This document shows positions 1-8,961 of a DNA stretch of 64,000 nt, piece by piece. The stretch comes from Fibrobacteria bacterium (lineage in GTDB: Bacteria > Fibrobacterota > Fibrobacteria > UBA11236 > JADFYW01). The stretch lies in NCBI GenBank assembly GCA_015232855.1, contig JADFYW010000004.1:21488-85487 (forward strand). Direction: 5' to 3'. Position numbers and translations under genes: made by a program. The first letter of the stretch is position 1; each line of letters starts with the position of its first letter. Below the pieces are notes generated by a model. It was not told the origin of the DNA, did not search any database, and was given only the letters and a program-made list of their open reading frames with translations.

Positions 1-1
1 A

Positions 2-238
2 AGAAAAGAGGGTCTGGTTACCGTACAGTGTGACCCACACAATTTTGAACAAAGTTGGATTTGGGTACTTGCTCATCCATACGCTTCTGTAACGGATATT
101 AATGGAGATTTTAAGATAGATAGCATACCAACAGGCCCTTATAAATTAAAAATATGGCACGAGCGGTTTGGTTATAAATATATTGATATTACCGTAAAAC
201 CTGATAAAAATACAAACATAACTATTGAGTATGAATGA
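2..238 (+). CDS. 3' fragment of a secreted protein (carboxypeptidase-regulatory-like beta-sandwich C-terminus); partial, start outside window
   Basis: Open frame 2 running from the window edge to TGA at 236-238; C-terminus ...DINGDFKIDSIPTGPYKLKIWHERFGYKYIDITVKPDKNTNITIEYE resembles CarboxypepD_reg-like domains. Confidence 0.35.
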   Translation, partial: RKEGLVTVQCDPHNFEQSWIWVLAHPYASVTDINGDFKIDSIPTGPYKLKIWHERFGYKYIDITVKPDKNTNITIEYE

Positions 239-257
239 TAAACAGTAAGAGGACCTT

Positions 258-761
258 ATGGAAATGCGTATAAGTAATTTTTTTCTTTTTTCGTTCCTGG
301 CATTTTGTTTATCAGGTTGTGTGGCACTTCAGGATGTCCTTAAAACCACATCAGTGCAGCCACCACAAGGTACTCTTTCAAAACTAAGGTTAAATGTACT
401 GGACTCGTATATAAGTGGGAACCTGGAAGTCTCGAACCCGAATGCTTTTGACTTGCCTATGCCGAAATTTAGTGTAGATATTTCCCTGTCTGGCAAAGCG
501 ATTGGAAAAGCTTACAACGAGTTTTCTGGTACCATTAAAGGTAATAATAAGGTGGATATCCCTATTCGTATAAATGTAGATTTCTTTACCAGTATTATTT
601 CTCAACTTTCAAGTTTTGTTGTTACTCAGAGGGGTAATGTGAAATATACCATTGAACTGGGAAATTTTTATTTAGCTCTGGAATCTCCCTGGGAACTCAC
701 ATCAGGGAAAGCTACCATTAAGAAACCTGATTTTGGAACTATGAAGTTCCTTCAGAAATAA
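258..761 (+). CDS. Small lipoprotein (LEA/NDR1-like?), function unknown
   Basis: N-terminal signal peptide with lipobox LSGC; 167 aa; RBS-like AGAGGA upstream. Confidence 0.45.
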   Translation: MEMRISNFFLFSFLAFCLSGCVALQDVLKTTSVQPPQGTLSKLRLNVLDSYISGNLEVSNPNAFDLPMPKFSVDISLSGKAIGKAYNEFSGTIKGNNKVDIPIRINVDFFTSIISQLSSFVVTQRGNVKYTIELGNFYLALESPWELTSGKATIKKPDFGTMKFLQK

Positions 762-775
762 CAATGAACATCTTT

Positions 776-3250
776 TTATAAAAGGCCCAGAGCCTTATCA
801 AGCAGGAGAGACAGACTGAAAGGTTTAGGGATACTATCAGTCAGGCTATTTTTAAAATCAGGACAGCTATAATTTTCTATTTCCTGGTTAGTCAAAAATA
901 GAGTCGAGGGACAGGGGAATATTATTTCTTGCAATTTGTGGCAAAAATCAGGACCAATATTTTCTGATATCTCACAATCAACAATAATAAGTTTCAAAAG
1001 ATCTTTTTTTGATTTTCCTATATATTCTAAGGCGGCCCTTATTGTTTGCTCTGTCACCACATTGTAACCACGGATTTCAAATGCGGAATAGAGCATGTCG
1101 GTGATGTTATTATCGTTATTTAACAGTAAAACGGTTTCCTTTTTAAAATTCCCTTCCTGCAAATTTGCTGTTTTGTCCGCACTAAAAATTCGGCCTCGTC
1201 CACTCTCCTTTGCCGCATACAAGGCAATATCTGCCATAGTAACCAGTCCATCCATGGTGGAATCATCTGTGGGATATGATGAAACACCTCCACTGAAGCT
1301 TATCTCTACATCCGGATGCCCAGGTACTTCGATATTGTTTCTGATGTATTCCATTAACGATGCCAGTACAAATTTCGCGCGAACAGCAGGCAGGCCTTCA
1401 AATAAAACAAGAAATTCTTCACCACCCCAACGAAAGGATATATCCGATTGTCTGAATGAACTCCTTAGGGTTTGCCCGAATTGAATAAGGACACTATCAC
1501 CAGCGTTATGGCCAAACCGATCATTAATTGATTTAAATAAATCCAGATCAAGAATCGCAAGGGTAAGGTTTTTTCGTTCTCTGTGACAACGGGAAAAAGA
1601 AACCTCAAATAATTCATTAAACGACCGACGATTGTAAAGACCTGTTAGAGAGTCATGTTTTACATAAAAGTGTAGCTGCTTTTGTTTTTTTATTTCATTG
1701 CTTATTTTTGCCCTGATAAGTTCATTGGATATTGGCTTTACCAGAAAATCATCGGCTCCTTTTAAGTATGTGGTTTCAATAACATCTGGATTGTTTTCAA
1801 AGGTGATTACAATCAGGGGAATATCCTTATAACGGTAATCTGTTTTGATACTTTCAAGTAATACCATACCAGAAAATCCAGGCAGGTGTAAATCAAGCAG
1901 TACCAGATCGGGAACAAAATTTTCAAGTTCTTCCATAAGGTTATTGCCATTATAGAGATGTTGTATGTCAGCGGGAATTCCTTTTAACATTTCCTTCAGA
2001 AGTCCGCCCAAACTCCGGTCACCGTCTACTAAAATTATTTGAAATTTTTTTTTGTCTTCATTGTCCAGAGCGATTTTAAGGTCTTCCACCACTTTATTAA
2101 ATGAAAAAGGTTTTTCTATAAAAAGGTCTATCCCGTAACGGACCGCTTCAATGCGGTTTTCCATACTACGGTCAGACGAGGTAAGTGCCATCATCGTATG
2201 ATTTTCCAGAGCATGGCTGTTGCGGAATAACTTGATTAATTCAAACCCGGTTACGGAACTATCAGGGAAATTTTTATCAACTATCATGATATCAGGTTTT
2301 GTATCCGGGTTACTTACCAGGTTAACAGCTGTTTCAATATTAGATTCGCATCTTATAGTAATGCCGGCCTTTTCTCCGACTTCGGATAGATTATTGATGA
2401 GCGTGGAATCATCATCAATAATTAAAACCTGGTAGTTCTGGGTTCCCCAATCTTTTTGGCTTTGTGTGGTGGTAATACCTGGTTCTCTGTCTTTAGATAA
2501 TGTGGTATTGACATGTTCTTCATCGGAATCGATCTGAAAAGCATTTTTTATCTTGAGATAATAGCCCGTCAATGAATCCAGCCATGGTTGGGGTATTAAT
2601 TTCCCTGATTCCGAAAATAGTTTTAATCTACTCTCTAATTCTCTGGCTATCCGGCTGACATCATGGAATCCATAAGAGCCTGCACTTCCCGCAAGCAAGT
2701 GAATGTCGTCTTTTAGGGAGCGTATCGTATCGGGATTAGGGGTCGACTGGAGTCGGGTGATGAGTTTTTCAAGTTTACTGAGCTTATTGTATAACGTTTT
2801 AACATACTCTTTGCGCAGATCATTGAGAAATGGGGTATCTTGAATTTCAGATGCTTTTATTTGTGATGTTGTTCTTGAAATATTAGTAAAGAAATTTTTC
2901 AAATCTTGATTATCAAGAGGCTTATTGAGAATGTAATCTATTTTATGGGTTTCTTTTAAAAGGTTATAAGACTTTGCATCGGAATACCCCGAAGAAATAA
3001 ATGCAGTTATCGGTTTGATTGGTAACCGCTCCAGTATCCATTGTGATAGATCTATACCTGAGCCATCTGGCAGGTAACCATCTAGGATTACAACATCATA
3101 ATTTCTTTCCCGTAGTAACTGTTTGGCCTGGACAACCCTGTGTACTATTTCAAGGTCGATAGAGAATTCACCGGAAAGTTTTTTAAAAATGAAACAGAAA
3201 TCGGTGTCATCATCAACCATCAAAACGTTTATCTTATTCGGTTTATTCAT
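776..3250 (-). CDS. Multidomain response regulator / diguanylate cyclase: REC - Hpt - REC - REC - GGDEF - C-terminal REC-like
   Basis: N-terminal VLMVDDD receiver; Hpt-like HLLAGSAGSYGF; further receivers (VLIIDDD, ILVDGD); GGDEF domain with RWGGEEF active-site motif and upstream HDSLTGLYNRR. Confidence 0.8.
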   Translation of the reverse strand: MNKPNKINVLMVDDDTDFCFIFKKLSGEFSIDLEIVHRVVQAKQLLRERNYDVVILDGYLPDGSGIDLSQWILERLPIKPITAFISSGYSDAKSYNLLKETHKIDYILNKPLDNQDLKNFFTNISRTTSQIKASEIQDTPFLNDLRKEYVKTLYNKLSKLEKLITRLQSTPNPDTIRSLKDDIHLLAGSAGSYGFHDVSRIARELESRLKLFSESGKLIPQPWLDSLTGYYLKIKNAFQIDSDEEHVNTTLSKDREPGITTTQSQKDWGTQNYQVLIIDDDSTLINNLSEVGEKAGITIRCESNIETAVNLVSNPDTKPDIMIVDKNFPDSSVTGFELIKLFRNSHALENHTMMALTSSDRSMENRIEAVRYGIDLFIEKPFSFNKVVEDLKIALDNEDKKKFQIILVDGDRSLGGLLKEMLKGIPADIQHLYNGNNLMEELENFVPDLVLLDLHLPGFSGMVLLESIKTDYRYKDIPLIVITFENNPDVIETTYLKGADDFLVKPISNELIRAKISNEIKKQKQLHFYVKHDSLTGLYNRRSFNELFEVSFSRCHRERKNLTLAILDLDLFKSINDRFGHNAGDSVLIQFGQTLRSSFRQSDISFRWGGEEFLVLFEGLPAVRAKFVLASLMEYIRNNIEVPGHPDVEISFSGGVSSYPTDDSTMDGLVTMADIALYAAKESGRGRIFSADKTANLQEGNFKKETVLLLNNDNNITDMLYSAFEIRGYNVVTEQTIRAALEYIGKSKKDLLKLIIVDCEISENIGPDFCHKLQEIIFPCPSTLFLTNQEIENYSCPDFKNSLTDSIPKPFSLSLLLDKALGLL

Positions 3251-3318
3251 TAATAAGATGGTACAATTCGATGGGGTAAAAGGGTATAAAAATATGGAGG
3301 GTATCTGTAATAGTACTC

Positions 3319-3493
3319 AGTTATCAGTCATCAGTTATCAGTTAAAAAAAATGCGCTTCGCGATTTTACATCCTTTTACTTCAATTCTTTTCTTTTTATG
3401 TCACTTTAAGAGAAACGCATGTAAATAATTTTAAGTAAGTACCAATTGTACAGTATTATTAAACTGAAAAGTGAAAACTGATAACTGACAAAT
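3319..3493. repeat. Heptanucleotide (CAGTNNT)n MITE-like element
   Basis: CAGTTAT CAGTCAT CAGTTAT CAGTT at 3319-3344 and inverted AACTGATAACTGAC at 3470-3490; a related single arm ACTGACAACTGACGACTGAAAACTCGAAACTG at 7705-7736 shares the flanking TTGTACAGYATTATTAAACTGA. Confidence 0.55.
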
Positions 3494-3645
3494 TTGGGGT
3501 CAGACCAAAAATGGTGAAATTGAGCTGTTTTCAGTAATTTTAGACTTGATATAGGGGTTAGATGGTCAAAAAATGAATTAAAATGCCCCGATAAGCTAAC
3601 TGGTGTGAATTTATATGCTGTTTGTTTGCTGTTGCGTAATAGCGA

Positions 3646-4188
3646 TTATAGATATCCCAATGAAAGTTCACCAATAATTAGCAAAACGGAAAGCAACATA
3701 CCAATAAGAAAAATCCGGTAACTGTATCCTAAATAACGGTATTTTTTATGTTGGAGAACCTGTCCCAACTGATAAATATCATTGAGAATAGTTTTGAAAA
3801 TAGTCTCATCTTTTTTGATTAAGGTCTCCATATGTTCGTAGTATTCCTCAAAACTTTGCCTGGAATAAAAAGAAAAGAATAACGGATTATAATGGGGAGT
3901 GTTTGGTTGAATATGTTTCTTTTTTGGAATGGAGGGCATGACTGCCATTAAAGCGCAGGCAGCAGCTGCCAGGGTGAAAATACTGAGAACCAGTAATCCG
4001 GCAGACACACCTGCTGATTGCATACGGCTGATCGCAACAGTTAAAACCAGGAATGCTGCACCCATGAGAATATTTGCTTTTTGGTCCGCCATTATACTCA
4101 ACTGAACATGATGCTGGTGGGTAGAACGTAACATATGTACGACATTCAGGCGTCCATGGAAACTCACTGGTGGGATATCTTCATTCAT
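3646..4188 (-). CDS. Two-TM membrane protein of unknown function (possible SLATT/Pycsar-type 2TM effector-like N-domain)
   Basis: Conserved-looking ADQKANIL segment followed by two hydrophobic helices, plus a C-terminal TM; 180 aa; no recognisable enzymatic motif. Confidence 0.3.
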   Translation of the reverse strand: MNEDIPPVSFHGRLNVVHMLRSTHQHHVQLSIMADQKANILMGAAFLVLTVAISRMQSAGVSAGLLVLSIFTLAAAACALMAVMPSIPKKKHIQPNTPHYNPLFFSFYSRQSFEEYYEHMETLIKKDETIFKTILNDIYQLGQVLQHKKYRYLGYSYRIFLIGMLLSVLLIIGELSLGYL

Positions 4189-4512
4189 AAAATATGGCTT
4201 TTTTTCACTATTTTAAGTTAAAATTGATGATTAATAATATACCAAGACAAACAGGATGTAAAGTTAATAATCAACTAATTAAGAATAAAAAGTATAACTT
4301 TAAGCCGTTATTTTTCAAAGTTATCTACAGCTTTGTTGAGTTGCCCAGACATTTCAGTCTGATTGGTTGTGTGTAGATTTTCCTGATTAATTGCCTTAGT
4401 TATTTCACTGCTTCTTTTTCATAATTTAAAGTTAGGCGCAACTAAAAAAAAGTTGTAATAAATTCGTAATTCCATCGACAAATAGGGAAATCAATAAGAG
4501 GATTATGGGATA

Positions 4513-5376
4513 ATGACGCAAAAATGGAAGATAGGAGTTGGGCTGAGGGTTCCTCATTATGGGGAAATCTTCTCTGAATGGCCAGATGTTGATTTCTTTG
4601 AGATTATCTCCGAGAATTACCTTTCCCTTTCCGGCACCCCCAAAAAGAACCTGGATAAAGCTCTTAGTAAATATCCATTGGTGATGCATGGGGTCTCCAT
4701 GAACCTTGGGTCTACGGATGAGCTTGATACCCGTTATCTGGATAAGATAAAAAAACTGGCAAGTTATACGGGGGCTCCTTATCTCACTGACCATTTATGC
4801 TGGACCGGGGTAGATGGCGTTAATTATCATGATTTACTACCTATGCCCTATACAAGGAAAAACGCTGTTCATTTTGCTGAGAAAATTAAACAGGTCCAGG
4901 ATTATATCAATATACCTTTTGGTATAGAAAACCTTTCAAGTTATGCCACATTCAGCTCTTCTGAAATGACCGAATGGGAATTCTTTAATTTAGTTGTGGA
5001 ATTGTCGGGATGCTCCTATATGCTGGATATTAACAATGTTTATGTATCCTCTGTTAATGCCGGTTTTTCTCCTGAAGAGTATCTCAAATCAATTAAATGG
5101 GAAAAGGTATTGCAGTGTCATATTGCAGGACACTCCAAACAGGACGATGGTTCATTAATAGATACCCATGATAACCCCGTATGTGATGAAGTCTGGCAGC
5201 TTTATCAAAAGGCGTGGGAAATGAGTGGCGGTTTTCATACTCTGCTTGAGTGGGATGCCAATTTCATGAGTTTTAAAGATACCCACGCAGAAGCACAAAA
5301 AGCAAGATTGTACCAGCCGGAAGTTCAACACTCTTTTGTTCCGGACTCTTTTAAATCCCGGGAGGTTTTAATATGA
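4513..5376 (+). CDS. DUF692 / MNIO family (multinuclear non-heme iron oxidative enzyme; MbnB/TglH/BufB-like) RiPP-modifying enzyme
   Basis: Hallmark N-terminus KIGVGLRVPHYGEIFSEWPDVDFFEIISENY; TIM-barrel (xylose-isomerase-like) length 287 aa; stop overlaps next start (ATGA). Confidence 0.8.
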   Translation: MTQKWKIGVGLRVPHYGEIFSEWPDVDFFEIISENYLSLSGTPKKNLDKALSKYPLVMHGVSMNLGSTDELDTRYLDKIKKLASYTGAPYLTDHLCWTGVDGVNYHDLLPMPYTRKNAVHFAEKIKQVQDYINIPFGIENLSSYATFSSSEMTEWEFFNLVVELSGCSYMLDINNVYVSSVNAGFSPEEYLKSIKWEKVLQCHIAGHSKQDDGSLIDTHDNPVCDEVWQLYQKAWEMSGGFHTLLEWDANFMSFKDTHAEAQKARLYQPEVQHSFVPDSFKSREVLI

Positions 5377-6203
5377 GTCAGGAAAAATTACATCGTTTTC
5401 AGAATATGTTTGGGAATACTCTGAGCACTCCCTTTAGTTTTTTGACAGGAGAAGCAACCTGTCAGACTGAATTATATGACGAGGATATTAAAACAGAAGT
5501 ACAGATGACCCCATTTAAAAATGCGGTACAATCATTAACCGTCTATAATCAACAATATTGGTATCGCCTGTTCAAAATAGTCCAGGACAGTTTTCCGCTA
5601 TTAAATAAATTGATAGGTCCGTGGCAGTTAAATCAGTTAACCACATCCTATGTAAAGGCTCATCCATCTTCTTCTCCGGTTTTAGATACCCTGGGGGCAG
5701 AGTTGCCCGAATATATTCAAATGGGAAGTTGGACAGAAGGCCTTTACCCAGATGCAGCCTATACTAAACGGGACCTAAAGCTGCTGTACCAGGCAGCAGA
5801 ACTTGAAAATATTTATAATGAACTTTTATACCTCGCCAATGTGAATGAAATGTCCGACAGCGTAGTTTCGGGTAACCCGAGGATTAAGCCCCAGGTAAAA
5901 CTCTATGCAGAAAACTGGCCGCTTCTTTCACTGAGAAACGAATTGGACCAGGTGAAAGAAGGTATTAAAGATATTGAATATAAACAATCACATTGGGCAA
6001 TTTGTAAACAGAACAATAATATTGGTTTTTACCATCTTGCCACAACGGCTTATAAACTCATGAAAGAAATAATCCGTTTCGGTGGATTAAACGAGGGTAT
6101 CGAACATATAGAATCTGTTCTCAGCGTATCAGAACTCAAAGAAGCTGAAGTTCATCTGGAACAGTGGTGTTATCAGTGGGGTAAACGGGGATGGTTCTAT
6201 TAG
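5373..6203 (+). CDS. DUF2063-family partner protein of MNIO enzymes (MbnC/TglI/BufC-like)
   Basis: Translationally coupled to the DUF692 gene; LTVYNQQYWYRLFKIVQDSFPLLNKLIGPWQLNQL matches the DUF2063 YxNxYxxRL...FP core. Confidence 0.65.
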   Translation: MSQEKLHRFQNMFGNTLSTPFSFLTGEATCQTELYDEDIKTEVQMTPFKNAVQSLTVYNQQYWYRLFKIVQDSFPLLNKLIGPWQLNQLTTSYVKAHPSSSPVLDTLGAELPEYIQMGSWTEGLYPDAAYTKRDLKLLYQAAELENIYNELLYLANVNEMSDSVVSGNPRIKPQVKLYAENWPLLSLRNELDQVKEGIKDIEYKQSHWAICKQNNNIGFYHLATTAYKLMKEIIRFGGLNEGIEHIESVLSVSELKEAEVHLEQWCYQWGKRGWFY

Positions 6204-6233
6204 AATTTTTTCAACAAAAACAAAGGAGAAACC

Positions 6234-6554
6234 ATGGTAGTAAAAAAAAGTAAACTCAGAAATCTTGCAATTGCAGGGATAATAGCCGGTTCAACTTCAC
6301 TTGGGGGGTGTTTCACCGACAGTGATTCGGATTCTAAAACCGAGGACACCAATAACATGAATCAGGCTGCTCTTACCACAGAAGCAGATTTTAAAGCCGA
6401 TTGCGAAGCAAAGGGCGGTATGCTGGAAAGTATTGCAAGCTGTAATGGTCATGCAACCTGTGCGGGGCAATCATTTTTTAACGGAGAGGTAAAAGTACAT
6501 GACTGCGCGGGTAAAAATGATTGTGCAGGACTTAACTGTAAAATCAGCTCATAA
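6234..6554 (+). CDS. Cys-rich DUF2282-like precursor peptide (bufferin BufA-like) with lipoprotein-type signal peptide
   Basis: 106 aa; signal peptide ending in lipobox LGGC; C-terminal half carries HATCAGQS and DCAGKNDCAG motifs reminiscent of DUF2282 (KAGxNDCA...HSCAGQ); 6 Cys after the lipobox; sits directly after the MNIO/DUF2063 pair. Confidence 0.6.
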   Translation: MVVKKSKLRNLAIAGIIAGSTSLGGCFTDSDSDSKTEDTNNMNQAALTTEADFKADCEAKGGMLESIASCNGHATCAGQSFFNGEVKVHDCAGKNDCAGLNCKISS

Positions 6555-6649
6555 TTGATTTTTCCATATCTTGAGAATACAAAAGGCTAAGCGCTGCCTG
6601 CTATCGCGGGCAGCTTCTTAGAACACATAAAATAAAATTGAAGTGAAAA

Positions 6650-7552
6650 ATGGACCATCTTAAAAAAATATTCTTATACGTTACTGTTGTATTGTTTGTC
6701 TGGCCAGGGTTAGCTGCAGCAGAACGGAAAGGTAAGATCAACTGGTTATATGTGTCAGCTGGGACCTTGCTTGACCGTTGGCAGGGGAAAACACTGACAA
6801 GCTGGGAAAGCAGAGTGGGGCGACCATATCCTCCGGCTAATACACCGCCTCAGAACTTTTATGGAATCAACATTGGCGCTATGTGGCAATGGCACTTTAA
6901 TCTCAAGACCGGCGTACATCTTAATTTGTTTTACAATCGCATTGGAACTTATGAAGCCTATCAAAGTGGTTATATTGTTACGCTTGAAGACGGGGTGGCG
7001 GGTATGGGTGACATATGGATTCAGAACGTTTTTAATTTGAAATTGATCCCAGGTGAAGGAGAGGTTAACTTTTATATCCCTGGTATATATCAAAAGAGTA
7101 ATACAAACATTTCTCCACAGGGGACGACGGTTGATCCGTGGACAGGTCTGGGAGCATACCATCTGGGGATTGCCTACCAATTAAATTTCCCCAAGTTTTA
7201 TGGGTATATATATGGCAAGTGGGCACTGCCCTCTGGAAGGCGTTCTCAGGTTGAAGTCGGGGACCAGGATATTGGCGCCAGGGTCGAACTAAAACATCAA
7301 TTCGGTACTTTGTATCAATTTAAGGCAGGGCTCCTTAGTGAATATCGTAGTTATCATTGGAAGCAGTTAACAGGAGATTTACGAAGAGACTTTTCGGTGA
7401 GTCCCGTTTTGGTAATTGGGCACCCGGTTAAATCTAATTCTGAAATATCATTGTCTATGGGTTTCTCCGCTTTCAGTTGGATAGATGATAGTTTGCTAGA
7501 TAAGCCGTTAGGGAAGGTCTTTTTCGGAATTTACTATGGGATATATCTTTAG
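6650..7552 (+). CDS. Secreted hypothetical protein, possible outer-membrane beta-barrel
   Basis: N-terminal signal peptide (LFVWPGLAAA); Gly/aromatic-rich alternating strands; C-terminus ...FFGIYYGIYL. Confidence 0.35.
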   Translation: MDHLKKIFLYVTVVLFVWPGLAAAERKGKINWLYVSAGTLLDRWQGKTLTSWESRVGRPYPPANTPPQNFYGINIGAMWQWHFNLKTGVHLNLFYNRIGTYEAYQSGYIVTLEDGVAGMGDIWIQNVFNLKLIPGEGEVNFYIPGIYQKSNTNISPQGTTVDPWTGLGAYHLGIAYQLNFPKFYGYIYGKWALPSGRRSQVEVGDQDIGARVELKHQFGTLYQFKAGLLSEYRSYHWKQLTGDLRRDFSVSPVLVIGHPVKSNSEISLSMGFSAFSWIDDSLLDKPLGKVFFGIYYGIYL

Positions 7553-7740
7553 CCATTGTTCTTCTGCAGAAATCAGCTTTCCGTTAATATATGTGCATAG
7601 CGATGGTAATAACTTTATCCTGTTTCATACTTTTTCCGTTATGTTACTCCAGAAGAAGGACGTTCCCTTTTCTGAGGTAAGCGCCATTTGTACAGCATTA
7701 TTAAACTGACAACTGACGACTGAAAACTCGAAACTGTTAG

Positions 7741-8454
7741 CTACATCTTTATCATCATCGGTATCCTGATATTCATCATTAAATAAATCTGACCCATTAA
7801 CCAAAGATTGTCGTTGTTGAAGTCACCAATTTCAAAAATTTTGGAATCAACACTCATTTCCTGAGGTACATAACCGATACCTTCAAAGCCGCTGGATAGT
7901 TGAAAAATACGTGAAAATTTAAATTGAAAGTTAAGCTTCGCATTGAGACCCGGTCGGAGAAAATGCATTACCGTTCCTTTTTCATCTTCGAATAATTTGT
8001 CAGAATGTATAAAGAGATAACTGAGATTTAACCCAAGGTTCAAGTTTACGTCCAGGAAGGCACCGGATACGAGCCCCAAACCTGCTCCCACGGGACGGAA
8101 GTTTATGCCGTAGATACCGGTGTTCTTAATCTTTGGGGAGAAAATAATCGATTCCGGGATATACACCTTGCCAATTTTCACAGAACTTAGTTTTTGAACC
8201 TGTTTTCGAAACTTCTTAGGAATTTTATTCTTGTTTTTTTCTAAAACGGTTTTATCGATAAATGCATGCATATCGATTTTAATGCCATAATGAATGGCCT
8301 GGTCTTTGCCAATGACGCCATTATAATAGTTGAACTCTGGTCCCACACCGACATTGAGGGGGATACTGAACTCCTGCTTGCCTGCAGAAAGGTGTGAAAA
8401 GAAACAGGTGAGTAGAACAATAGTAGTTGTGAAATTGAATAAAACGGCATTCAT
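7741..8454 (-). CDS. Secreted hypothetical protein (possible OM beta-barrel)
   Basis: Signal peptide (IVLLTCFFSHLSAG); alternating hydrophobic pattern; no catalytic motifs. Confidence 0.3.
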   Translation of the reverse strand: MNAVLFNFTTTIVLLTCFFSHLSAGKQEFSIPLNVGVGPEFNYYNGVIGKDQAIHYGIKIDMHAFIDKTVLEKNKNKIPKKFRKQVQKLSSVKIGKVYIPESIIFSPKIKNTGIYGINFRPVGAGLGLVSGAFLDVNLNLGLNLSYLFIHSDKLFEDEKGTVMHFLRPGLNAKLNFQFKFSRIFQLSSGFEGIGYVPQEMSVDSKIFEIGDFNNDNLWLMGQIYLMMNIRIPMMIKM

Positions 8455-8961
8455 ACTTTTCCTTTTTCCTGGTTTGATGTCTGTTCCAAGATAAATTTTA
8501 TGTAAGCAAGTTACTTGTTTTCATAAGATTGTAAGGGGCTGTTCTTTGCTTTTTGAACTTAAACTGGATTTGAAAAGAAATGAAATCAATAAAAAGTAAA
8601 ATAATATAGAACACCTGGTATTAGTAAGGTTATCAATAAATGCCTTATAAACCGTAAATAAGCTAAATAATGGTGTTTAAAAAATGTTTAAAAATAATGA
8701 ACGATATATAAATAAATAAATTACCAAAATGTTGCTTGACTATTGAACAATTTCGACTAACTTAAGAATCACAGGCTTATTGAATCTTTTGGAATATATG
8801 CCGGGAGGTCTGGAATGAGAGTATTCTGGAATAGATGGGGGGAAGCTTCGGGCTTAATACTTGTTGTTTCTGGCATGGTGAAATTGAACAGAGCTTTTTC
8901 AGGGTGTTCATACACATCCTGAAACGAGTAATACTTTTGGATTGTTCTTTAGAGGGCGGTT

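Noticed and set aside
123-145. TGGCAC-N5-GTTTGG sigma-54-like sequence
   Set aside because: Inside the coding 3' end of the partial first gene, with a poor -12 element.
3123-3428. 101-aa ORF downstream of the GGDEF regulator
   Set aside because: Overlaps the regulator's 5' end and runs through the heptamer MITE (CAGTTATCAGTCATCAGTTATCAGTT); no homology features.
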